From: an uncultured Fastidiosipila sp.
Lineage (GTDB): Bacteria > Bacillota > Clostridia > Saccharofermentanales > Fastidiosipilaceae
DNA length: 64,000 nt
Assembly (NCBI GenBank): GCA_947253875.1
Contig: CAMYAM010000006.1
Span: forward strand, 34,604 to 98,603
Direction of reading: 5' to 3'
Each line of letters begins with the position of its first letter. Within the stretch, counting starts at the first letter, position 1. Below the pieces are notes generated by a model. The model was not told the DNA's origin, searched no databases, and worked only from the letters and a program-made list of their open reading frames with translations. Made by a program: the position numbers and the translations under genes. Shown piece by piece: positions 19,639 through 29,600 of this stretch.

Positions 19639-20601
19639 ATGGAAAAAACGAAGATGAATACAAATGAAGTTATGAGTGAGCAAAATCAGTCAAAAGGAAG
19701 ACGCAAAGCTAGTCTAGGATACTTGAAAATTTTGTTGGCAGGTATGATCTGGGGTACAGGTGGTTACTATGTTATGCAGATGAATAGGCTTGGTGGTGAT
19801 CCGACCATAACTGCATTTACTAATCATATTTTTGCCCTGATTCCAATTGCTATAGTTATGCTAATTACTAGAGGAAAAGAAGCGTTCAAGATTTCTAAGC
19901 AAGGTTTAATTTTTGCCATAATTATGGGTGTTTTTACCAAGGCACTATTTAAGCTGGCCTATGACACCTCAGTTAGTCAGGTCGGACAGAGCACAGGTGC
20001 AGTCTTACTTTATACAGCTCCGATATTTATTGCGATTATGTCAGTAGTTTTCTTGAAAGAGAAAATTAGACTCACTAATTATGTAGCTTTAGCACTTAAT
20101 CTAGTTGGTGTATTTCTAATGGTAACTGGTGGTAATATACATGAGTTGAATTTACAACCTTTGGGAGTGATTTTAGGAATTACAGCAGCAGCTTTACACG
20201 CCTTGAATACTATTCTTGGCAGGTTAGTAGGTAAAGGCGATAACCCACTTACTACAAGTTTTTACATGTTATTGTCTAGTAGTATATTTTTAATCTTTTT
20301 CGCAAAACCTTGGCAAGCAGAAACTATTGCATTGCTAAAAGACGGTAAGTTCTTATTCTGGGCTTTGGTTAGTTCTTTCTTAACTGGAGCAGCAGCTAAT
20401 ATGTTGTATCTAGGTGGTTTATCCCATGACATCGATACTTCCAAAGCTCCTATATTCTCATCTATTGAGGTTATTATTGCTGTCTTAATGGGAGTAGTAT
20501 TGTTAAACGAGAGTATTAATTTGGTTGGAATCTTTGGTATTTTTCTAATGGTGATTTCGATTCTTTTAATGAATCTTAAGAAAAGTAAGTCAGTTGAATA
20601 A
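19639..20601 (+). CDS. EamA/DMT-family transporter (paralogue 1)
   Basis: 10-TM protein with two EamA-like halves. N-terminus MEKTKM… parallels the paralogue at 22171. RBS aggaga. Confidence 0.7.
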   Translation: MEKTKMNTNEVMSEQNQSKGRRKASLGYLKILLAGMIWGTGGYYVMQMNRLGGDPTITAFTNHIFALIPIAIVMLITRGKEAFKISKQGLIFAIIMGVFTKALFKLAYDTSVSQVGQSTGAVLLYTAPIFIAIMSVVFLKEKIRLTNYVALALNLVGVFLMVTGGNIHELNLQPLGVILGITAAALHALNTILGRLVGKGDNPLTTSFYMLLSSSIFLIFFAKPWQAETIALLKDGKFLFWALVSSFLTGAAANMLYLGGLSHDIDTSKAPIFSSIEVIIAVLMGVVLLNESINLVGIFGIFLMVISILLMNLKKSKSVE

Positions 20602-20762
20602 TTAGGGTCTCTAAACCAAAGAATTGAATAATAGGAAAAATTTTTAGACTGAAATATTTAAATAAACTGCTATAGTTTATAATGCATGAAAATTTTATGT
20701 GATAAGTTGTAAAATAAAGTGCGATAGAAATAAAAAATACAAATAAAAATAGGAGGACAAGT

Positions 20763-22037
20763 ATGGTAAAGAAATTTATAAATGCAGTAATTTACAGACA
20801 TCCAGAAGCTAATGAAATTTTGGTAGAAGATGGTAAATTTAAAAAAATTGGTACTAATCTTGGAGAAGCAGATGAGATCATTGATTTAGAAGGCAAATTT
20901 GTATTGCCACCTTATGTAGACTCACACTTGCATTTAGATTATGTGTATACACTCAGTGATATGGCTGAGATTGGTGCATCTTCAGGTACTTTATTCGAAG
21001 CTATAGAGTTATGGCCAAAATACAAGAACCAAAGAATGACCATGGATAGTGTTAAACGTCTAGCTAAGAAAGGTATTCTTGATGAAGTTTCTCAAGGTAC
21101 ACAATATATTAGAGCTCAAACAGACGTAACTGATCCAGAATTCAAAGGCCTAAAAGCTATGCTTGAACTCAAAGAAGAAATGAAAGATATTGTTGATATT
21201 CAAGTTGTAGCTTTCCCACAAAATGGTATGTACGCTTACAGAACTGAAGATGGTGTAATTGGTAGAGACTTAGTTGAAGAAGCTCTGAAAATGGGTGCAG
21301 ACGTTGTCGGTGGTATTCCACACTATGAACCAGCAAGAGAATTCGGCGAAAAATCTGTTCACGATATTGTTAACTTAGCTGTTAAATATGATAAATTAAT
21401 CGACTCTCATACAGACGAAACAGATGACGATCAAGCTAGATTTGTTGAGTTGCTCAATGCTTTAGCCTGGATGGAAGGTATAGGCGAGAAGACGACTGCT
21501 TCCCATGTGGTTTCATTTGGTAAAAATAATAATGCCTACGTTTATAGAATGTTAGACTGGTTCAAGAAATCAGGTATTAATATTGTTTCTAACCCTACAG
21601 AAAATGCATATCTTCAAGGGCGCTTAGATACAGAAAATAAGTTCAGAGGTATTACGAGAATTAAGGATTTAACAGAAGCAGGAGTAAACGTATCATTCGG
21701 ACAAGATTCCATTAATGACGCTTGGTACCCAATGGGTAGCGGTAACTTGATGAACGTCCTAGATAACGGTATTCACCTAGCTCAAACAATGAGTCACGCA
21801 GAAGTTGATAGAGCTTTTGACTACATTACTTATAATGGTGCTAAGACTTTACATATTCATAATGAATACGGCATTGAAGTTGGCAAGAGAGCAAACTTTG
21901 TTGTTCTAGATGGAGATAGTGCCTGGGATTCAATTAGAAGAAGAGTTCAAGTATTGGCATCTGTTCGTGATGGTGAATTCTTGTTCAAGAAGAAAGCCAC
22001 AGAGTATGATGTAGCTTTGGATATGGATAGATTCTAG
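20763..22037 (+). CDS. CodA-family amidohydrolase paralogue (cytosine-deaminase-like, altered active site)
   Basis: PPYVDSHLHLD, SHTDETDD, AFPQNG and IEVGKRANFVVL all align to CodA. The CodA FGHDDxxDPWYP loop reads FGQDSINDAWYP and SHTTAM reads SHVVSF. RBS aggagga. Confidence 0.75.
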   Translation: MVKKFINAVIYRHPEANEILVEDGKFKKIGTNLGEADEIIDLEGKFVLPPYVDSHLHLDYVYTLSDMAEIGASSGTLFEAIELWPKYKNQRMTMDSVKRLAKKGILDEVSQGTQYIRAQTDVTDPEFKGLKAMLELKEEMKDIVDIQVVAFPQNGMYAYRTEDGVIGRDLVEEALKMGADVVGGIPHYEPAREFGEKSVHDIVNLAVKYDKLIDSHTDETDDDQARFVELLNALAWMEGIGEKTTASHVVSFGKNNNAYVYRMLDWFKKSGINIVSNPTENAYLQGRLDTENKFRGITRIKDLTEAGVNVSFGQDSINDAWYPMGSGNLMNVLDNGIHLAQTMSHAEVDRAFDYITYNGAKTLHIHNEYGIEVGKRANFVVLDGDSAWDSIRRRVQVLASVRDGEFLFKKKATEYDVALDMDRF

Positions 22038-22104
22038 TAAATTTATTCATGCTGATAAAAAACACTAGACTTATAACATATTTAAATATATAAATATAAG
22101 AAAT

Positions 22105-22134
22105 AAAACGGCTGCTAAAAAGTAGCCGTTTTGT
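22105..22134 (+). terminator. Rho-independent terminator after the amidohydrolase
   Basis: aaacggctgctaaaaagtagccgtttt. Confidence 0.6.
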
Positions 22135-22170
22135 TAAGTTATACTGACTTGTGAAAATAAATATTTTTAA

Positions 22171-23097
22171 GTGGAGAAAATAAAAATGGGTAAGACATTA
22201 AAAAATGAGGCGATGAAAGGTTATATATTAATACTTTTATCGGGTATTCTTTGGGGGACAGGTGGTTATTGGGTTATCCAATTAAACGCATTTGGTGTTG
22301 GACCTGCAATGACCTCACTTTCGGCACATCTTTTGTCATTAATTCCTATTGGATTAACTATTTTATTTAAGAAAGGGATTTCTGGATTTAAGATATCTAA
22401 ACGTGGACTAATCTTTGCAATAGTGCTAGGAATATTTGGTAAAGGTATTTTAAAAATAGCTTATGATGCAGCTACTATTGAGGTAGGGCAAAGTACTGCT
22501 TGTGTCCTACTCTATACTGCTCCTATTTTTGTAACAGTTTTATCAGTGTTATTTTTGAAGAATAAAGTACGTTGGAATACTTATATAGCTTTGGCATTGA
22601 ACCTTATAGGCGTAATTTTAATAGTTACAGGAGGGAATTTTAGAGAATTTAACTTAAGCAGTTGGGGAATTGTTCTGGGATTAATTTCAGCCTTTACTTA
22701 TGCTCTGAACACTATCTTGGGAAGAGTTGCAGGGGAAAATGCTGATCCGCTGGTAGCATCCTTCTATATGATGTTGACTAGTACTACTTTTTTATTCTTT
22801 GTGGCTAAACCTTGGCAAATGGCTAATTTAGACGTTATATTTAATGGCAAATTTATTTTTTGGGCAGTTATAAATTCAGTTTTGACTGCAGCTGTACCTA
22901 ATATGATTTATTTGCAAGGTCTGTCATATGATATAGAAGTTCCAAAAGCAGGTATACTTTCATCTGTTGAAGTCATAGTTGCAACATTTATGGGTGTGTT
23001 CCTGTTGGGAGAAAACATGAACCTAGTAAGTGTCATAGGTCTTTTAGTAATGCTTGGTTCAATAGTCTTGCTAAATTCTAAAGTAGAAGAAGCCTAG
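22171..23097 (+). CDS. EamA/DMT-family transporter (paralogue 2)
   Basis: Homologous along its length to the 19639 gene, including the N-terminal MEKIKM. Start is GTG 22171, preceded by a purine-rich stretch. Alternative start is ATG 22186. Confidence 0.65.
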   Translation: MEKIKMGKTLKNEAMKGYILILLSGILWGTGGYWVIQLNAFGVGPAMTSLSAHLLSLIPIGLTILFKKGISGFKISKRGLIFAIVLGIFGKGILKIAYDAATIEVGQSTACVLLYTAPIFVTVLSVLFLKNKVRWNTYIALALNLIGVILIVTGGNFREFNLSSWGIVLGLISAFTYALNTILGRVAGENADPLVASFYMMLTSTTFLFFVAKPWQMANLDVIFNGKFIFWAVINSVLTAAVPNMIYLQGLSYDIEVPKAGILSSVEVIVATFMGVFLLGENMNLVSVIGLLVMLGSIVLLNSKVEEA

Positions 23098-23255
23098 TAA
23101 AGTTGGCAAAAACCTAGTTATTGAACTGACCCTCTGAATCTGAAATATGGATGAAGGGGGTTTTCTATAGTCTGGCAAAGCGAGACATTTTATTGGATTT
23201 ACTCAAAGAACTGTGACATACTTTTTACTGTAAAACTAAGGAGATATTAAAATAA

Positions 23256-23639
23256 ATGCAAGATAATTATAATAATTTTAATAATAATCAATATTCTAAT
23301 AATAGTGGATTTTATCCAGGCTATGCCGTAAACAATGGAGTCTCATACTTTGACGGCGGACTGTTTGAGTTGGTAGTATTACGCATTATAGGGACAATAG
23401 TTACAGTGTTAAGTTTAGGTATATTGTTACCATGGGCTTATTGTAGGGTATATAGCTGGGAGGCAAAGCATACAGTAATTGACGGAAGAAGATTAGCGTT
23501 TACAGGAAGTGCAGTAGGTCTCTTTGGGCAATGGATTAAATGGCTAATTTTATCTTTCATAACCTTTGGTATTTATGGTTTCTGGGTAAATATTAAATTG
23601 AAAAAATGGAGAACTAAACACACTCACTTTGTGAATTAA
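23256..23639 (+). CDS. DUF898/YjgN-like small membrane protein
   Basis: Asn/Tyr-rich N-terminus followed by two TM helices and a KKWRTKHTHF tail. RBS aaggaga. 66-nt gap with no terminator before the next gene. Confidence 0.5.
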   Translation: MQDNYNNFNNNQYSNNSGFYPGYAVNNGVSYFDGGLFELVVLRIIGTIVTVLSLGILLPWAYCRVYSWEAKHTVIDGRRLAFTGSAVGLFGQWIKWLILSFITFGIYGFWVNIKLKKWRTKHTHFVN

Positions 23640-23705
23640 AAATTTCTTAGAACTTTTAATTTTTTAGATAAAGGCAAAAAACTTAGACAATAAGAAAGGA
23701 TAGCA

Positions 23706-26420
23706 ATGGTCAGGGAAAATATTGCACTAGGTATAATCGCTCACGTTGATGCGGGCAAGACAACTCTGTCTGAATCTATCCTTTATCATGCTGGAGTAAT
23801 TAGGGAAAAAGGTCGTGTTGATCATGGTGATGCACATCTAGATACGGATCATCTGGAGAGACAGCGAGGAATTACCATTTATTCTAAACAGGCATTTTTT
23901 CAACTAAGTAATAAGGACTTTTATCTCTTAGATACACCTGGGCACGTTGACTTTACTACCGAGATGGAGAGAGTCCTGTTCGTCCTGGACTACTGCATCT
24001 TGATAATTAGTGCACCAGAATCTGTTAGTCCCAAGGTCAAAGATCTATGGGAGCTTCTAAAATACTATCAAGTGCCAACTTTTATTTTTGTCAATAAAAT
24101 GGATCAAGATGGCATGGATAGAGACAAAATTTTTGCAGAAATACAGACTGAATTAGGTAGTAGGTGCATTGCCTTCCCTGATGATCTCGGAAATTTCACT
24201 GATGAGCAATGGGAAGATATTGCAGTCAATGACGAGCTTTTGCTAGAGAAATATCTGGAAGCAAAAGCAATAGAAGTACAAGACATTGCTAGACTTATCA
24301 AAGAACGTAAACTTTTCCCAGTGTACTTCGGTTCTGCACTAAAAGAGTTAGGCATAGAGACTTTCTTAAATGCCATGAAAAGTTACATGAAGCCTAGAGA
24401 ATATCCACGAGAGTTTGGCGCACGAGTATTTAAGATTAGTCGAGATGAGCAAAATGCTAGATTGACCTGGATGAAAATTACTGGTGGTAGACTTGAGACC
24501 AAGAAGAATCTTGAATATCCTGCTTTAACTAATGATAGTGCTGAGAATCAGGATGAGTCAGAGCAGAACAAATTGATTAGCGAGAAAGTCGAGCAAATCA
24601 GAGTCTATTCAGGCACTAAATATGAAGCAATCCAAACTGCAGAAGCTGGTGCAGTCGTTGCGGTAACTGGATTAAAAGATTCATATATAGGTTTAGATAT
24701 TGGTGGAGAACAAGAACGTTTAAATGCTACCAATAGTCCAGTTTTAAAATACAAAATAATTCTTACGGATGGAGAAGATGCTTATAGAGCACTTAAGTTG
24801 TTGAGGACATTTGAAGATCAAGATCCATCACTTAATTTCCAGTATGAGCAAAGAACACAAGAAATAACTGTCAATATTATGGGGCAGGTGCAGATGGAGA
24901 CCTTGCAGAGTAGAGCTCAAGAAGAGTTTAATTTAGCAATTGACTTCTCTGATCCGGATGTAATTTACAAAGAAACTATAAGAGAACCTGTATTTGGTAT
25001 TGGGCACTTCGAACCACTGCGACATTACGCTGAAGTAATTGTGAAACTAGAACCATTAGAGAGAGGTAGTGGGATAGTTATAGAGAATCAGTGCTCTAGA
25101 GATACACTCAAGGCTAATTGGCAGAGTTTAATTCTCTCAACTCTCAAAAGTAAACGACACAAGGGTGTACTGACTGGTAGTGACCTCACGGATGTGAAAA
25201 TCACTCTAATGCATGGTATTGCTCATGAGAAACATACTTCAAGTGGGGACTTCAAGCAGGCAAGTATTCGTGCTGTAAGACAAGCCTTGATGCAGGCTGA
25301 ATCTATTTTGCTAGAACCAATGTATGAATTGAACTTGAACATTCCTCAGAATTACTTGGGCAAAGTCATGACAGAAATTGACCTCTTAGGTGGAACTTTG
25401 GATGCACCTGAAATAGAGGGAGATTTTGCTACGGTTAAGGGCAGTATTCCTGCGAGAAATTTAGGAGAGTTTACCAGAGACCTGCAAGCATATACTGGAG
25501 ATGAAGCTAGAATTTCTTTCAAGTTAGGGGGATACTCTGAGTTAAAAGCTGCGGAGTCAATAGTTGAAGCGCATAATTATGACCCAGAAGCAGACTTGAA
25601 CAACCCTGTAGATTCTGTCTTTTGTGCGAATGGAGCAGGATTTATTGTGCCATGGGATGAGGTGGAAGAGTTTTTCCACTCTAAAGATAAACTTAGAGAA
25701 TTCAAGCTGGCTGAGTTAAATGACAAGGATTTTTCAAAGTCATATCCAACTACAAATATCATACGAAATCCATTGCAAGGTACCTCAAAAGAAGCTGGTA
25801 TAGATCACGCTGAGCGTCAAAGGCGTATAGTCAAAGAGGATAGTGAACTTAAACAGATTTTCGAAAGGACCTACGGAGCAGTAGATAAGCCAAAGAAAAG
25901 ACCCGAGCGAAGAGAAAATAAGCCGGCAAAAACTGCTGCAAGAAATTTCAACGATAAAGAGAAAGCTGCCTTAGCTAATAAACTTAATGAAGGCCGAAAG
26001 TCTTATCTTTTAGTTGATGGATATAATGTTTTGCATGCTTTGCCAGAACTTAAGAAATTATCTGAGACTGATATCAATGCTGCTCGAGACAAGTTAATTG
26101 ACATTCTTATAAACTACCAAGGCTTCAGGTCGGAGAAGGTCATCTTAGTATTCAATGCCTACAAGGTCAGAGGTGGTCGAGAGAGTGTTGAAGATTACTC
26201 CGGACTATCCGTTGTCTACACCAAAGAAGCCGAAACAGCAGATAAGTATATTGAACGAGCTACTCATGAAAAAGTTAAGCAAAACGCTATTGTTAGGGTT
26301 GCTAGCTCTGATGCCTTGGAGCAGGCGATTGTGTTTGGTGCAGGAGCCTTGCGTATGTCAGCAAGAGAGTTCTGGCTGCATATTGCTTCTGTTGAAGATG
26401 AGATTAGAGAGATGTTGTAG
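23706..26420 (+). CDS. Translational GTPase (EF-G/TetM-like ribosome-binding) fused to C-terminal NYN (YacP/Rae1-type) ribonuclease domain
   Basis: N-terminal 640 aa: G1 AHVDAGKTTL, DTPGH, NKMD, then EF-G/TetM-like domains II-V. A Lys/Arg-rich linker follows. C-terminal 150 aa align with B. subtilis YacP/Rae1: LLVDGYNVLHA, VFNAYKV, ETADKYIE, VASSD, QAIVFGAGALRMSAREF. RBS aaaggatag. Confidence 0.8.
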   Translation: MVRENIALGIIAHVDAGKTTLSESILYHAGVIREKGRVDHGDAHLDTDHLERQRGITIYSKQAFFQLSNKDFYLLDTPGHVDFTTEMERVLFVLDYCILIISAPESVSPKVKDLWELLKYYQVPTFIFVNKMDQDGMDRDKIFAEIQTELGSRCIAFPDDLGNFTDEQWEDIAVNDELLLEKYLEAKAIEVQDIARLIKERKLFPVYFGSALKELGIETFLNAMKSYMKPREYPREFGARVFKISRDEQNARLTWMKITGGRLETKKNLEYPALTNDSAENQDESEQNKLISEKVEQIRVYSGTKYEAIQTAEAGAVVAVTGLKDSYIGLDIGGEQERLNATNSPVLKYKIILTDGEDAYRALKLLRTFEDQDPSLNFQYEQRTQEITVNIMGQVQMETLQSRAQEEFNLAIDFSDPDVIYKETIREPVFGIGHFEPLRHYAEVIVKLEPLERGSGIVIENQCSRDTLKANWQSLILSTLKSKRHKGVLTGSDLTDVKITLMHGIAHEKHTSSGDFKQASIRAVRQALMQAESILLEPMYELNLNIPQNYLGKVMTEIDLLGGTLDAPEIEGDFATVKGSIPARNLGEFTRDLQAYTGDEARISFKLGGYSELKAAESIVEAHNYDPEADLNNPVDSVFCANGAGFIVPWDEVEEFFHSKDKLREFKLAELNDKDFSKSYPTTNIIRNPLQGTSKEAGIDHAERQRRIVKEDSELKQIFERTYGAVDKPKKRPERRENKPAKTAARNFNDKEKAALANKLNEGRKSYLLVDGYNVLHALPELKKLSETDINAARDKLIDILINYQGFRSEKVILVFNAYKVRGGRESVEDYSGLSVVYTKEAETADKYIERATHEKVKQNAIVRVASSDALEQAIVFGAGALRMSAREFWLHIASVEDEIREML

Positions 26421-26457
26421 GGTGGAGACGTTTTCGTTCCACGCTCACTAAAAATTG

Positions 26458-26561
26458 AACAAAATAAAACTCCTCAAGTTTGAGGAGTTAAAATGCTCCA
26501 ACGAGCTACTGAAAAACAGCGATTTCCAAAAATTGTTATTTGAACTCGATGTGTATTTCTA
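26458..26561 (-). ncRNA. tracrRNA: Predicted tracrRNA of the type II-A system
   Basis: The minus-strand transcript would begin AGAAAUACACAUCGAGUUCAAAU, an imperfect anti-repeat to the first 22 nt of the CRISPR repeat. It gives a lower stem GUUUGA/UCAAAU, a bulge, and an upper stem GAUGUG/CACAUC plus UAUUUCU/AGAAAUA. The transcript ends in the hairpin aactcctcaaacttgaggagtt plus UUUUAUUUU. Confidence 0.7.
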
Positions 26562-26595
26562 TGTTTATTATTAAGCATAATTTTAATAATGTCAA
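26562..26595 (-). promoter_or_regulatory. Promoter for tracrRNA (TTGACA-N17-AATAAT on the minus strand)
   Basis: The reverse complement of 26567-26595 reads TTGACA ttattaaaattatgctt AATAAT. The predicted TSS falls at the anti-repeat. Confidence 0.55.
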
Positions 26596-26676
26596 GTTTG
26601 TTCTCTTGCATAAATTTCTAGTTAATATAAAATTAAAATTAGTGAAATTGACAAATAGAGTTTTGCGGAGGGTGAC

Positions 26677-29600
26677 ATGGCGAAAAAAGATAATAAAGTT
26701 CTCTTTAAATTCAATGAAGATAAAATGAAAAATGTAAAAGAATACTATCTAGGATTAGACATGGGTGTTGGTTCAGTTGGTTGGGCCGTTACTGATACTA
26801 ACTATAATGTTATTAAAAAATCTCAAAAGAGTTTATGGGGTTCTCGTTTATTCGAAGAAGCAGAAACTGCAGCAGGTAGAAGAACTTATAGATCTAGTAG
26901 ACGACGACTAAATAGAAGAAATCAAAGGATTAAACTTCTTCAAGAATATTTTGCTCCAGCTATTTCAAAAATAGATCCAGGTTTCTATATTAGATTAAAA
27001 GATAGTTTCTTCTATGAAGAAGATAAGACTGAGCAACAGAAAAATACTCTTTTTAATGATTCTAGTTTCACAGACAAAGATTATCACTTAGCGTATCCAA
27101 CTATTTACCATTTACGCAAAGAACTGATTGATAATCCTAAATATCATGATCCACGCTTAGTGTATTTAGCATGTGCTCATATACTTAAAAATAGAGGACA
27201 TTTCCTTTACGGTGCACAGAAATTTAATACCGAAGCTTTGTTAGAGGAAAGTATTAAAGACTTTAACGAGTTATATTATGAATACTTTGACATTAAATTA
27301 TTTAATGATGAAAAAATTTATGAGATTGAAAGCGCAATTCTTGAGAAAAATCTTAGCAGATCAGGTAGGGCTAAGACATTAGAAGGTCTATTGAATGATA
27401 AAGATAAAAGAGCTAAAAAGTATTGCAATCTGCTAGTTGGAAATTTGGCAAAGATAGAAGATCTTTTCCCAGAAGAGCTTGAAATAGAGGAAAGTCAAAG
27501 TAAACCTAAATTCTCTGAGGGTAATTATGATGAGCCTGATACTCAGGACTACTTACTGGAAAATCTGAATGAAGAACAACTAGCTATTGTTGATGAAGCA
27601 TATAAAATTTACAGCGCTGCAATTTTGCAAGATTTATTATCCAACAAGAGCGGTCACAAATTCAGCACAATTTCAGAAGCTAGAATTGATACTTATAATC
27701 AACATAAGAAAGATTTAAAGCTTCTTAAAGAAGTTGTGAAAGGGATTGAAAAAGAGAACCCTTCAGCCAAAGGTCTATACAACAAAATATTCAAAGAAAA
27801 CACAAAAAAGTATAAAAACTATGTTGCCTACTCAGGACATACCAGCTCTGATGATAAGAAAGAGAAAATAGGTGTCGAAGAAAAAACTTCATACGAAGAT
27901 TTCTCTAAGTTCCTAAAAAATAACTTGTCAAAATATGAAAAGCAAGATGAACGAATTGAAGAAATTATCGAACAACTTGATCTAAATAATTTTCTGCCTA
28001 AAATTACAACTACCGATAATGGTGTAATTCCTTATCAACTGCATCTAGATGAATTAGAGAAAATTCTTGATAATGCTAAAAAATACATTGAAGAATTAAA
28101 TGAGAAAAAAGCTGATGAAATTAAACAGATATTTACATTTAGGATACCTTACTATGTAGGACCTTTTGACACAAGGTCAGAATTTTCATGGATAAAGAGA
28201 GAAAGTTTCGAATCAATTAGGCCTTGGAATTTCAATGAAGTTGTTGATTTAGACTTGAGTTCAGAACGTTTTATTAAAGAAATGACCAATAAATGTACTT
28301 ACTTGATAGGTGAAGATGTTCTGGCGAAAAATTCAATCCTTTATTCAGAGTACATGATTAGAAATCAGCTCAATACATTAAATTACGTAAGTCCTGTGAC
28401 TAAAGACATTAAACGTTTTGACCATGAGACAATAGAATATTTGTATGAAAAGTTATTCGTTGAGAATACAAGTGTAAGAGTAACTAAAAAAGCTATAGCT
28501 AATACATTGAAGAACTATAATTCAATTTTCGCTGATATTACAAGTGATTCAATTGGAGGTATGGATTTAGAAATACCTCATAAATTAAAGGCACTACAAG
28601 ATTTCAATAGAATATGTTCTGGAAAACTTAACAATAAAGAAATAGATAAGATTGTAGAGAAGATAACAGTATTCCCTGATGACAGTGAAATGGTGGCTAG
28701 ATTTATTCGCAAGGAAGAATTCTCTGACAAACTGACAGAGGAAGAAATCAAAAAGCTCTCTCGCTTAAGATATACAGATTGGGCTCCATTGTCTGAAAAG
28801 TTTTTAACCGGTATTAAAACAGAATTAAATAATGGAAGAAAATACAGCATAATCGATATATTACGAAAAAATCCATTAAATCCAAATAGTCCATTGAATC
28901 TAATGCAGATTATCAATTTAAAAGAATTTAATTTTTCTGAATTAATTGAAGAGCATAACCTTGGTGAAACAAATGATCCTTATGTTGTAGATGAGGAGTT
29001 ACTAGACTCTCTAAGATTGTCTGCTCCTGTAAGAAGGTCAATTAATCAAACTCTATTAGTATGCGAAGATATTTTCAAGATTATGGGTGGAACGCCTAAG
29101 AAAATATTTGTCGAAATGACAAGGTCAGAAGGTGAAAAGGGCAAGAGAACCACTTCTAGAAAAAAACAGATTGAAAAATTATATGAAAGTATAAAAACAG
29201 ATCTTAAGGATTGGTATTCAATTTGGAAAGATAAATTAAAGAGTATTGATGATAGTGAATATCAAGCAAAAAGTATTTATCTATATGCGATGCAGGCGGG
29301 TAGAGATATGTATAGTGGACAGGTTATAGATGAACCTCGCAATCTAGAGGCTTATGATATTGACCATATTTATCCAAGATCAAAGACCAAGGATGATAGC
29401 TGGAATAACTTAGTTCTTGTATCCAAGAAATCTAATGCGATGAAAGGGGACAAGGTATTATCTGAAGAAATTCAGAATAAAAATAAAGACTACTGGCAGA
29501 TGTTATTAGATAAAGGCTTCATGAGTGAAGAGAAATATAGACGCTTAACTAGAAAAACTGAGCTAGATGGTGAAGAGTTAAGATCATTTGTTAACAGACA

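Noticed and set aside
23706-26420. Interpretation of the EF-G-like gene as tet(M) of the Tn916 element
   Set aside because: It is 34 kb from the ICE end, has host-like AT-rich composition, diverges from TetM in sequence and carries the NYN fusion. Tn916 tet(M) would lie beyond the right edge of the window.
26155-26728. ORFs 26155-26451 (+) and 26540-26728 (+)
   Set aside because: The first is an alternate-frame ORF inside the EF-G/NYN gene. The second covers the tracrRNA promoter, anti-repeat and cas9 RBS, is AT-rich and has no RBS. Both are better explained by the features annotated there.
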